DNA of 64,000 nucleotides from Eledone cirrhosa (GCA_964016885.1 OZ024742.1:35278001-35342000); one strand, 5' to 3'. Positions 52,412-64,000 are shown, numbered from the stretch's first letter. Numbers and translations are program-made. The notes: generated by a model not told the origin, from the sequence alone.

Positions 52412-52434
52412 GGTTGGCGACCACTGCCCTAAGG
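52412..52434 (+). mobile_element. Right TIR of the hAT element and candidate 8-bp target site
   Basis: GGTTGGCGACCACTG (reverse complement CAGTGGTCGCCAACC), then CCCTAAGG, which fits the Buster NNNTANNN target. No left TIR found. Confidence 0.7.
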
Positions 52435-52914
52435 TACTTGAATCTTCAATCCCTGTAGTGGCAGTAAGTTATTTCACCAACACTCAACATATATATATAC
52501 CACAAATAATATCATAAACTTAGAGAAGAAGACGTAAAGCAACAAAGAAATATAGAAGGGGAGTTGAAAGGGAAGATGTGGAGACAAAAGAAGGGAAAAT
52601 AAAGAAAAGAAGAAAAGGAAAGGATAAAGAAAAGGAGAGGACAAAAAAGCCGTTGTATTCAGACCCTAAACAGAAAATTCAAAAATTATTTTTATTATTT
52701 ATCAATGAATGCCGCTTGCATTGGAATACGCTTTAATTAATTATTTCCCTTCTTTTCTCTCCACATCTTCCCTTTCAACTCCCCTTCTATATTTCTTTGT
52801 TGTTTTACGTCTTCTTCTCTAAGTTTATCATATTATTTGTGATATATATATATGTTGAGTATTGGGGAATAACTTACTGCCACTACAGGGATTGAAGATT
52901 CAAGTACCTTAGGG
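52427..52914. repeat. About 157-bp inverted repeat upstream of a hammerhead (Penelope-like terminus, family A)
   Basis: 52427-52584 pairs with 52758-52914, with a few mismatches. Confidence 0.85.
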
Positions 52915-52940
52915 TTATGTCGTATATCCAATCTCTTATA

Positions 52941-53003
52941 TATTTTATCTGATGAAAACGTACTGAAACACCATTGTACCTTTGAAATATGTATAATAAA
53001 ATA
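52941..53003 (+). ncRNA. Type I hammerhead ribozyme (family A)
   Basis: UAUUUUAU-CUGAUGA-AAACGUAC...GUACCUUU-GAAA-UAUGUA-UA^-AUAAAAUA. Helix I is a perfect 8 bp. Confidence 0.8.
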
Positions 53004-53156
53004 TATACTTTGGTTATGATAATATTTCTCATTTATTAATATTTTGAATAATATTATAGATACTCCAGATAAATTCCAGTCGAATGCTTCTAATCTATTG
53101 TAAAATTGAATTCGTTGAATAATCAACGAACCATATAAACGTTTGATTATATATAT

Positions 53157-53219
<63 letters not shown>

Positions 53220-53537
53220 TACAAACATATATATATACACACACATATGGTGGTGGTGGTGGTGCTGGTAGTGGTAAGGGGTAGTGTTAGTGTTGGGGTG
53301 GAGATAAAAGTAGTGGTGATGGTAGTATTGGTGATGATAATAGCAACGCCGTGTCCGGTGAACCCACAGGGAGAGAAGGTAATTAATCAGTTAATTAGTA
53401 AATTAGATAGCTAATGAATTAGTTAGTTAGTTAGTTAATTAATTAATTAGACAAAGAACAAAAAATAAAATTCATATAGTTCAATGAAGAAGTCTGATAT
53501 TGAACTTCGGAAATATAATATAAAATTATAAAATATG

Positions 53538-53583
<46 letters not shown>

Positions 53584-54024
53584 TATATATATTTGTGTGT
53601 GTGTGTGTGTATATGTGTGCGTGTGTGTGTATGTAACTTACTCATTTACATTACTAACTCACCCCACCCCGCCACACATAGTTGTACGTATATATATGTG
53701 TGTATGATTGTACATCTGCGTGTGCACGCACCACCGCCAGTGCTACCACCACCACCACCGCCTCCACCACCACCAGTGCCACTGCCACCACCAAAACCCC
53801 CACCCACCCACCCAAGCCACAACCACCACCACCAGTGCCACCACCACCACCGCCGCCACCACCACCTACATACATGCATATGTAGACATACACATGCACC
53901 CGTTTATGTGCATATTCACACTACCTGTTGAGGAGAAATTACAACTGACGGAAACAAAGCAGAATGAGGCAAAGGAACCATGGTGGGAACGCCGCATTGA
54001 AAATGACATAGGTTTGCAGTTGAG

Positions 54025-54215
54025 CCCCTAGCAGTGGAGACCTCTCGTGTCCTTGACCCGAGGGCTACTTCCCTACTTGCCACCATAGGCGCTGAGCTGG
54101 CTAGCCGCAGGTGGGAGCCTCGTCAGATGGAATGGTTCTTCCACCGCATCTCCCTTACCATCCTCCTAGGAAACGCCTTCTCCATTCTGTCCGCCGGAGC
54201 TGTAGGGCGGCCAGA
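54025..54215 (+). mobile_element. CRE-like non-LTR retrotransposon C-terminal (RLE) fragment; further pieces at 54808-54945 and about 57415-57555
   Basis: AVETSRVLDPRA...EPRQMEWFFHRISLTILLGNAFSIL, EPRELEWLFQRISRAVLRGNAFSIL and GESREGAWLFQRISLAI match the (L/F)FQRIS..I.RGNA end of CRE-type ORFs (recalled). Confidence 0.65.
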
Positions 54216-54370
54216 ACGTGGGACCCCATTTGCTCATAATACAGAGAGAGAGATGGGGAGGGCAGGAGAGATGGAGGTGATGACAGTGGGAGTTCGCCTC
54301 TTCTGTGTTCGGACCTGGTGTCCAGCGTCAGCTGTCCATAAGGAGGCTGTAATTCATCTACTATTATCTA

Positions 54371-54563
54371 GGGGTGGTGGATTGGCAGTATCGGTAGAGG
54401 GCCGGACACCATGCTTTGACGCATAGAGTTACGGCCCTTGCCATTCTGAGTTCAAATCCCGCCGAGGTTAACTTTGCCTTTCATCCTTACGGGGTCGATA
54501 AAATAAAGTACCAGTTATGCACTGGGTAATTGCTGGCCTTGTGCCAAAAGTAGAAACAACTAT
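54371..54563 (+). mobile_element. SINE family A
   Basis: Full copy. Confidence 0.85.
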
Positions 54564-55121
54564 TAACTAGGGCACCAGGGGTGTTTGGAACATAGCTTCA
54601 CACACATCTCACGTTACTGTTACTGTCCCTGATCAAGTCACTAGCTTGACAAGGCGATATTTAAGTAAAATTGAGTTATGGTTTAGAAGAAAATAGAAAA
54701 AGGGGAAAAAGACTGATCGAGAGACATAAGACAAAAAATATAAACTATGGAAGAATGATTTCTATACAGTAATGCAACAAAGGATTTTGTCGAAAAGGCT
54801 AGATCACCAACATAGGCGCTGAGCTGGCCAGCCGCAGGTGTGAGCCTCGCGAGCTGGAATGGCTTTTCCAGCGCATCTCCCGTGCCGTCCTCCGGGGAAA
54901 CGCCTTCTCCATTCTGTCCGCCGGAGCTGTGGGGAGGCCACCAATATGATTGACTGACTTGTCATTTTATCAGTCAGATGTTCTAATGATTCTATATATA
55001 TATGTCATAGTATATTACAGCATATTGAAGAAACACGTTTAAAACAAGGAGACTATGGAACAGCATAAAACGATATGAGAAATTGTTTTTATATTTTATC
55101 TATATTCTATATCTCCTATAC

Positions 55122-55182
<61 letters not shown>

Positions 55183-55203
55183 TTGTCTATCTATCTATCT
55201 ATT

Positions 55204-56841
55204 TGGAACCGGGACTACGAAAAGCGGGGTCGGCCTACGCCGATGACGTGACAGTAATGGTGTCGAGCACCTCGCAAATCGGGAAGATCGGCACCTTACT
55301 GGAGGAATACGAAAGGTTCACAGGAGCGAACTTGAACCGGGACAAATCCGTCGGTTTGCAACTCGGAACGTGGAGAGGCAAACCGATGCCTTCCGATGGC
55401 GTCGTCAGACGCTGGACGGAAGGACCGGTAAAGCTGCTCGGGGTCTGGTTTGGTCCCGACCTCCAGGTGGAGAAGAACTGGAACGAGGTGACGGCCAAGG
55501 TGTTTGCGCTCACCCAGAAGTGAGCCGAGTGAAAACTATCCTTGAAAGGTTGAGCGGAGGTGGCGAACACTTTTATAGCGTCCGTCATTTACTACCGCTT
55601 GACCGTCGTGCCTTGTCCAGCCAAAACGCTCACCAAAATGGAGCGCGCGCTCTTCCAATTCCTTTGTAAGAAACGGGCTCCTTTGGTGAGAAGAACCATC
55701 TGCTGCCAACACCCTTCAAATGGAGGGCTGGGGTTGCCGTGGCTGACGATGCGCAAACATGCGCTCAGGCTGCGGCACCTCCATCTATTCCTCACCAGAC
55801 AACCGGTGTGGGCCCCGTTCGTGAGGCGAGCCTTCCCACGACTTGTCTCGCTGACTGAGCTGCAGTCCTGGGTCAAGCAAAGACCGAGGAAAATGGGCGA
55901 CTGGCTCATCGAATGTGCTCAGGTGCTCACAGTCCTCTGGCAAACGGACCCGGCGATCAGTGGGGACTCCACTTCGACATTCTATAGAGAGTTGGTCCGC
56001 AGCAAGTGCGACGACACGCTCGGAGAAACTCTAGGCGTAGAGGAGGACGAACTGGCCAGTCTGTTCGGTAGGACCTTCCGCCCGAGATCAATGGACAATT
56101 TCCAAAAGTCCCTGGCCTGGCAGTGTTACCGAGGAGCTCTATCAATTCGAGACAAGCTCTACAGACACGGGCGCCCGGGTAGGGACCCTTCGAAAAAGAT
56201 CTGTCCGAGATGCGTGCGCGACGAGGAAACCGTCGCGCACGCATTTGTACACTGCTCGGGCGTTACCGACCTGTGGGGCTATGTAGAACGACTATTGTCG
56301 CGGGTGGGACCAATCCAGTTGACCACCGAGTCCATTGTCATGATCAAACCACCACCCTCCTTCAAAAACGAAGGAGAGGCGGTTTTCCGATGTGTTATGG
56401 CTATGGTGAAAGAGGTTATATGGTGGACGAGGTTAAAAGGGCTGAGGTCAGACACCTTTCTCTCCGGCGAGCAACTGATTCGTTTTTTCAAATATCATTT
56501 TGGAAGAAGAATCAGGATGGAGAGAGAGGTGCTGTACCCCAGCAAATTTTATAAAAGGTGGGTGAATGTGGCAAAGATGGCCCGAGTGGTTGGGCCTTCT
56601 CTCTATATAAGCCTGTAAGTTGAGGAAAAAGAGGAAGGGAGTACTCACTCTTGGTGCTCCTGGAGATGAGGGTTGTACATTTGTTCGGGGTGTGTACAAC
56701 CCCTGTGTAATGCCTCCCCCCTATTGGGGATATCAATTGTTATTTGTTATTTTATTAATAGTTTTATTTTCATATACCTGTATGTAAACTCCCCATTTGT
56801 ATTTGTCCCCTTCTTTTGTGCCCTTGTGGCTAATAAAGAAA
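55204..56841 (+). mobile_element. 5'-truncated Tx1-clade LINE inserted in an (ATCT)n microsatellite
   Basis: SAYADDVTV...KSVGLQLGTWRG...GPVKLLGVWFGPDLQ...CPRCVRDEETVAHAFVHC is homologous to the 23-29 kb element. Ends CCCTTGTGGCTAATAAAGAAA. (ATCT)n at 55122-55200 and 56844-56897. Confidence 0.93.
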
Positions 56842-56842
56842 T

Positions 56843-56897
<55 letters not shown>

Positions 56898-56904
56898 ACT
56901 AAAA

Positions 56905-57110
56905 AGAATATGGGAACAGAACTAAGCAAGTATAGGAGAATAGGTTGTTCCAAAATAATCCAAAACATTTCTTCCGTACTTTAGAAGGAGACAATGGGAA
57001 GGATGTTGTTCCTAAGGTTGACCAGGCCAATGAGTTCTGGAACGGGATATGGGGAAACACTGCGATGCATAGAAGGGATACCGAGTGGGAAGAAACCACC
57101 AAGAAAGAAT
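56905..57110 (+). mobile_element. Dong/R4-like pre-RT fragment (related piece KEPWWERRIE at about 53930-54010)
   Basis: FQNNPKHFFRTL...ANEFWNGIWG....HRRDTEW resembles the R4-clade region upstream of RT (recalled). Confidence 0.55.
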
Positions 57111-58491
57111 TAATGGCGTGGATGCCATTGCGGCTGTTAGGGTTGGTTGTTTTGTTGTTGTTGTTGTTGTTGTAGGTGACGATGTTCGTGGGGTTTATTT
57201 GATGATTCCCACTGCTTGTTTTGACCGAGTCAAGGTCAGCAACAACCAGTCTATAAATAGATTGAAAGCCACAGGCTGAAAAATGTCGGTTGCGGAAGCT
57301 GTGGCTCTCGTCCTAACCGCAGCATCCAGGATGTGGGAAAAAGCAAAAGAGTTACTAACAGTGACGACCCAGACAAGGCACCTGCCTCTTGACCAGGGGC
57401 ACAGGGTAAGGCCGTCAGGCCGCTGACTGCGAGGTTCCTCTCTTTACTGTTGGCTCGCCTAATAGAGGTAAGTGGCGAATCTCGTGAGGGCGCTTGGTTG
57501 TTCCAGCGCATTAGCCTCGCCATCACTCAATCAACGCTGCGAGTGTGCTGGCTTGCCTAAAAAATCATTAGAAAGGTTGCCCGGTACTCCTCGCGACGTT
57601 GCTGTCTTTTGCCCTGGTGTTGGCTCAGTTGTTCACCCCTTCCTTTACATTTTCTTTAATATTGTAACATTAAAAAAATATATCTTTCTGAATAAATCGC
57701 GAGCTATTTATAATGTTATCTAAGCATTTCTAATGTTATTTATGTATACATTTAAAACATTTTTTATGTTATTCTACTGTAAATGTATTTATATTCTCTA
57801 AAAAATACAATAATAGATTGATGTCTCCTCTTCCTTGAAGTAGCTAGGGCTGCCATCAAGTCTTGTCATCAAGTCTATTTTAACAGAATGGTGGTGGTGG
57901 GTTATACTATTTATAGTACAGTTAATTTGTTCTTTTTCTTCGCCATTTTTGAAAACGTGCAGCTTATGAGAAATTATAACTTTAAAAATTGTGTCTGCTG
58001 CTGTTGTTGTTGTAGATGTTGCTATCGAGGTTACAAATTTCCCATTGTTCTAAACCATCGCAATCTTCTCATATTTCACTAAATTGAAATAAGATTACTT
58101 CAAATCCGTAAAAAGCAAAATCTTTTCGTTTTCTTTTCGGGCTTAGAAAATAAAAACAAATAAAAATAATAAAAAAACCATAAAGAGGATTCAAAGGAAA
58201 GAAAATTCAGAGAAATTCGGATAACCCCCTCCACACACACACACACACACACACTACACCCTACCACACTCCGCCCCCACCTCGTAATCTATAATCTTTT
58301 GGAACTTAATAATCGATCGATGACCGAAACACGAAATCTTTCTGAATTATTACGTGTGAATGTGGGCGCGCAGGCGTGTGTGTGTGTGTTTGTTTGTGTG
58401 TGTGTGTTTGTTTGTGTGTGTGAATGTGTGTGTGTGTGTGTTTGTGTGTGTGAATGTGTGTGTGTATGTGTGTGTGTGTTTGTGTGTATGA

Positions 58492-58572
<81 letters not shown>

Positions 58573-58599
58573 GTGTTAAAGTGTTTTTTCTCTCACATT

Positions 58600-59200
58600 T
58601 CTATTTCTATCTTAAAAATATATTTTCATACTGAAAATTTTATTTTCGTATTTATAATTATATTTTCATATTGAAAATTGTATTTTCATATTACAAATTT
58701 TGTTTTCATATTGAAAATTATATTTTTATATGAAAACTGTATTTTGAAATCAAAATTTATCTTCGTATTGAAAATTGTATTTTCATCTGAAGATTTTATT
58801 TTCGTATGACAATTATATTTTCATATTGAAATTGTGTATCATATCAAAAATTGTATTTTTATATATATAAAAAAATCGATTTTATATAATGAAATTCTGT
58901 TTTCATACCGAAATTATACTTTGATAGGGAAATTGTATTTTTATATGAAAATTGTATTTTCATGTAGATTTTTATATTAGAAAGTGTATTGTAACTGCAT
59001 TTTACATATCAAAATTTTATCGTCGTATTGTAATTGCATTTTACATATGAACAATCTATTTTTACATGAAAATTCTATTTCAGTGTGAATATTGTATTTT
59101 CATTTGAAAATTGCATTTTAAAATTGTGTATTGTATTTCCGCATGAAAATTATGTTTTCATGATGAAAATTGTATTCTCATTTAGTCATTGTGTAATTCA
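58600..59200. repeat. Degenerate about 20-21-bp satellite (TGAAAATTGTATTTTCATAT-like)
   Basis: Recurrent GAAAATTGTATTTTCAT units. Confidence 0.75.
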
Positions 59201-59439
59201 TGTCATATTTTCATTTAATACAAAAACTTACATTTTCCAGTTAAAATATATTTCCTGTTAGAATTTACCTATTTTTACTTGTTATATATATTGGAGACTG
59301 GTAACATGAGAGCAATGGTGAAGTCAGGGCAGGCCTAGAAAGGCAGAGATGAGAATATAATCTGATAAGCACTCACACAGAAGGCCACCTTATAGACTGA
59401 CAAATCGGAATGTGACTTGGAAATTACATGGAAAAAGAT

Positions 59440-60445
59440 TATGGATTGCCACTCTGAACGTCGGCACTATGATAAACATGACTGAGGGTGTTCTTGCCAC
59501 TCTGAACGTCGGCACTATGATAACATGACTGAGGGTGTTCTTGCCACTCTGAACGTCGGCTCTATGATAAACATGACTGAGGGTGTTCTTGCCACTCTGA
59601 ACGTCGGCACTATGATAAACATGACTGAGGGTGTTCTTGCGACTCTGAACGTCGGCACTATGATAAACATGACTGACGGTCTTCTTAGTCTGTTGGAAGA
59701 AAAGGCGTTTGATGTTATTGGATTGTCAGAGACAAGAATAATAGAGTGACAGGAAGACGGTACATAATAATTACACGCTTTTCTAGGAGTCATGGTGTTG
59801 ATATTATGATTAGCAATAACCTGGGTGACAGGTTATCGGTGAAGCTGAAGAATGAAGATCTTGACACCATCCTGATCTATGCTCCACAATAATTGTTTCT
59901 ACTTTTGGCACAAGGCCAGCAATTACCTAGTGCATTACTGGTACTTTATTTTATCGACCCTGTAAGGATGAAAGGCAAAGTTAACCTCGTGGGATTTGAA
60001 CTCAAACCATAAAGGGCCGTAACTCTATGCTGCAAAGCATGGCGTCAGGCCCTCTACCGATACTGCCAATTCACTCCCACAATAATTGTTTCTACTTTAG
60101 GCACAAGGCCAGCAATTACTCAGTGCATTACTGGTACTTTATTTTATCGACCTCGTAAGGATGAAACGCAAAGACAACCTCGGCGGGATTTGAATTCAGA
60201 TCGTAAAGGGACGTAACTATGCAGGAAAGCATGGCGTCCAACCCTCTACCGATACTGCCAATTCACTCCCACAATAATTGTTTCTACTTTAGGCACAAGG
60301 CCAGCAATTTCCCAGTGCATTACTGGTACTTTATTTTATCGACCCCGTAAGGATGAAAGGCAAAGTAGGAGTGATGGCCTGACAGAGAGACGAATGGATC
60401 TAGACAACATGATCATCATGGGTGACATCAATAGTCACGTGGACG
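59440..60445 (+). mobile_element. Degenerate LINE APE endonuclease remnant with a 48-bp tandem expansion, interrupted by three SINE A copies (59890-60365, minus)
   Basis: WIATLNVGTM...FDVIGLSETR ... ILIYAP | SINEs | MIIMGDINSHV gives APE motifs N, E, YAP and GDxN in order. Confidence 0.75.
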
Positions 60446-61311
60446 ATAAACTGAAATGACTCACTTCTACAGACCGGGAAACGCCAGATTTTGAAGCAAA
60501 AGAAAATGAGCAGCATGTTGCCCAGAGGTCAGCATGTGTAGTCACTAACATCAGTTGCTAACATCAGAACAAGAGTTTAAATTACTTCTACACCTATACA
60601 AAGGCCACCATATGCCTTAACTAAGATGTAAACAAATCTAAAACAAACCCATGCTATCCACAACATCAAACAAATGCAAATCCTAATCCTACAATAAATT
60701 CTACCCACCATACAGACACCGTACCAGTTATAGATTCAAAGACGCCTTCAAAACCATGCCCAGCCTTGAAGTTAAAACAATAACAAACCTGTTCAAATTG
60801 CTGGTATGGGGGCGACACGATATTATAGAAAGAATGATTTCAGTAATAAAACAAGAATAAAACGTATTTTTCTTTGTATATTTCTTGTTGATGTAAGTGT
60901 TATTTTATTTTTTTTTTAAAAACGAGAAAAAAATAAACGTGATGTAATGTCAGTTTGAAGATAATTTTTTTACCGTTTAACTGCAGGAAGTAATAATATC
61001 TATTTGTTTAATGGGATGGAAAATTATCACAGATCGACTTGATTATCTCCAAATGATATATTTAATCGATCTACAAGAATTTCCTATAATAAGAAATTAA
61101 TAGATAAATTATTTCTTACGTTTTCTGTTAGCGGAATGAGGCTTTCGCGTGCTGAAGAATCTATGCATTAATCTATTTCCTATGCGAGAATCAGAAAGTG
61201 GCAAATCAAAGTAAAATTTCTAGTTAAAATGATAATTTTGATGTTTGCAACAAAGTATGAGATATTTTTAAAACATCACTATGGTAGCCAATACATTTGG
61301 TGATTTTTTTC

Positions 61312-62235
61312 TTTATTGTCTATAGTTTCTAAGGTGGCAAATTGGCAGTGTTGTTATAGCTTCTTATAGTCTATAGTTTCTAAGGTGGCAAATTGGCAGT
61401 GTTGTTATAGCTTCTTATTGTCTATAGTTTCTAAGGTGGCAAATTGGCAGTGTTGTTATAGCTTCTTATAGTCTATAGTTTCTAAGGTGGCAAATTGGCA
61501 GTGTTGTTATAGCTTCTTATTGTCTATAGTTTCTAAGGTGGCAAATTGGCAGTGTTGTTATAGCTTCTTATAGTCTATAGTTTCTAAGGTGGAAAATTGG
61601 CAGTGTTGTTATAGCTTCTTATAGTCTATAGTTTCTAAGGTGGCAAATTGGCAGTGTTGTTATAGCTTCTTATTGTCTATAGTTTCTAAGGTGGCAAATT
61701 GGCAGTGTTGTTATAGCTTCTTATAGTCTATAGTTTCTAAGGTGGCAAATTGGCAGTGTTGTTATAGCTTCTTATTGTCTATAGTTTCTAAGGTGGCAAA
61801 TTGGCAGTGTTGTTATAGCTTCTTATTGTCTATAGTTTCTAAGATGGCAATTTGGCAGTGTTGTTATAGCTTCTTATTGTCTATAGTTTCTAAGGTGGCA
61901 AATTGGCAGTGTTGTTATAGCTTCTTATTGTCTATAGTTTCTAAGGTGGCAAATTGGCAGTGTTGTTATAGCTTCTTATTGTCTATAGTTTCTAAGGTGG
62001 CAATTTGGCAGTGTTGTTATAGCTTCTTATTGTCTATAGTTTCTAAGGTGGCAAATTGGCAGTGTTGTTATAGCTTCTTATTGTCTATAGTTTCTAAGGT
62101 GGCAAATTGGCAGTGTTGTTATAGCTTCTTATTATCTATAGTTTCTAAGGTGGCAAATTGGCAGTGTTGTTATAGCTTCTTATTGTCTATAGTTTCTAAT
62201 GTGGCAAATTGGCAGTGTTGTTATAGCTTCTTATT
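61312..62235. repeat. 51-bp minisatellite, about 18 copies (TCTATAGTTTCTAAGGTGGCAAATTGGCAGTGTTGTTATAGCTTCTTATTG)
   Basis: Highly homogeneous tandem array, followed by a SINE body. Confidence 0.95.
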
Positions 62236-62429
62236 AAAGGCTTCAGTAATTGCTCTGACTCTCTACGTTCTGAGTTTAAATAACGTCGACGTCAACTTTG
62301 ACTTTCATCCTTTTGTGAATCCACAAAGAGAAATTGGAATATGTCTCTAGCCCAGTTCATTTTCACACATTCATCAATGCACACATGTACTCGTACACAC
62401 ACATATATATTATATCATTATGCACACAA

Positions 62430-62615
62430 TTGGCAGTATCAGTAGAGGGTCGGACGCCATTCTTTGCAGCATAGAGTTACGTTCCTTTACCGTCTGAGTT
62501 CAAATCCCGCCGAGGTTAATTTTCCCTTTCATCCTTACGGGGTCGATGAAATAAAGTATCAGTAATACACTGGGATAATTGCTGGCCTTGTGCCCAAAAT
62601 AGAAACAATTATATT
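62430..62615 (+). mobile_element. SINE family A
   Basis: Head and core match. Confidence 0.85.
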
Positions 62616-62892
62616 ATTATACACAAACATTCATATACGCACACGCGTGCACACAAACGCGCATTTTATGTATGAAGTAACAAAGTCTCAACTTAAAATG
62701 CTTTTATTCCATATCAAACGATAAATATGCTTCACAGATTATCGGCTCGAAGTCGTAATCGATATGACGGACCAGACTCCGGTCTTGATATGCTCATCAG
62801 GCATGTAGATTTAAATCAAAACATTTCCATCCCTGGGGCACTGCTTCCTACCGATATTTATATATATATATCTATATATATCTATATATATC

Positions 62893-62926
<34 letters not shown>

Positions 62927-64000
62927 GCGAAATCCATCTCCATATACTGACCCCTAAACAACACGATGTTTAGTTTTTCTTTATTTCAAATTGACTCCAG
63001 CCAGTCTAGAGAAATTAGCCAACTTGAGGTTATTTGAGATAACATTTTCTTCAACGCATTCTCCCCTCGTTTCTCGACAGAGACAAATATCACATGGAGT
63101 TGCTCTAGCAAGCAGATAGGTGTAACGCTTACGCAAAAACGCCAGCCCTCTCGACAGGGTTGGCACCTCCATAAAAGTTAGTCCAATGTATTTTGTCAGA
63201 CTACTACTGCAAACTAACCACACAAACATAATATACAATTCTCTTGGTTCCTTGTTATTTTATCACACTGTCGACAATAGCTTAGACAAATTATTTTCTT
63301 TATAAAAAAAACTATATTAGTGATGTTTGTTATTATTCATCGGATATTGTTAATGGCAGCTTTACTTTCAGACTTCAGCCACACATCTCAACTCACTGAG
63401 ACATACAGACTCAATTAATTTTCCATAAGTCACAATCATTCTCACAGCGCTTATATGGTAGAGAGCAATTCAAGGAATCACCCATCAATCCAACAACATA
63501 ACTACTACATCTCAGACCTGCCAACTTCTAAAAACCCAAACGGGGAGCACCATGAAAAAAAGGGCTTCAAAACGGGTAGAAATGAGGCAAAATGGGGGAC
63601 ATTTTACATAATGAAAGCTATATCCATTTTCACAAGAGAAAACTTCTCTCACCCACCCACTTCGGGGTGGGGGGTCTCCACGTCGGACGGGGAGAGTTGA
63701 CAAGTCTGACATCAGCCACGCCAAAATGAACAATGATACAAAATTCAAACCATCTCTCACGCTGCATCTAAAATATACAAGCATCTCTACATTGGTGACC
63801 CTGACTCATCGAACAGCCTTTGGATGCATTTTCTGACGCATTTGCTGATGTTGCATGCAGCTTTCGGATAATATGGGAAAACAACGACAGCAATATCATT
63901 CGCCTCGTAACAGTTGTTGATCCCTGATTTATAAGAAGTAATCTGATCAACAATGAAATTTTCAACTACTTTCGAAAACCAAAACCAACTACACACACGC

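Noticed and set aside
57268-57345. Possible HDV-like ribozyme upstream of a CRE fragment (GCCACAG/CTGTGGC and GTTGCGG/CCGCAGC pairings)
   Set aside because: I could not fit the P1.1, P3 and J4/2 elements of the nested double pseudoknot.
61312-62235. CRISPR-like array or Cys-rich repeat protein (VANWQCCYSFLLSIVSK)
   Set aside because: No unique spacers, no cas genes and a eukaryotic context. Several units contain in-frame TAG.
62981-63996. Short minus-strand ORFs at the window end
   Set aside because: No recognisable domain or consistent splice pattern; left unassigned.

Overview
Eukaryotic, AT-rich, microsatellite- and transposon-dense DNA. The SINE/LINE repertoire and the (TA)n/(CAT)n load suggest an octopus or other cephalopod genome (inference). 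The only host gene I can support is the 3' part of cytoplasmic arginyl-tRNA synthetase (RARS1 orthologue): five coding exons on +, 2528-39113, with a 31.5-kb intron and a degenerate duplicated exon just upstream of the penultimate exon. The rest is mobile DNA: tRNA-derived SINEs, RTE LINEs with a PHD finger inside the RT, two related Tx1/L1-clade LINEs sitting in different microsatellites ((ATT)n and (ATCT)n), Dong/R4 and CRE fragments, a Penelope-like element, hAT and mariner relics, and minisatellites. The most striking unexplained structure is a set of type I hammerhead ribozymes from several Penelope-like families. They have palindromic helix III, some have very long helix II, and several have been turned into DNA palindromes whose symmetry axis falls in hammerhead helix II. 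Most long ORFs in the track are artefacts of simple repeats.
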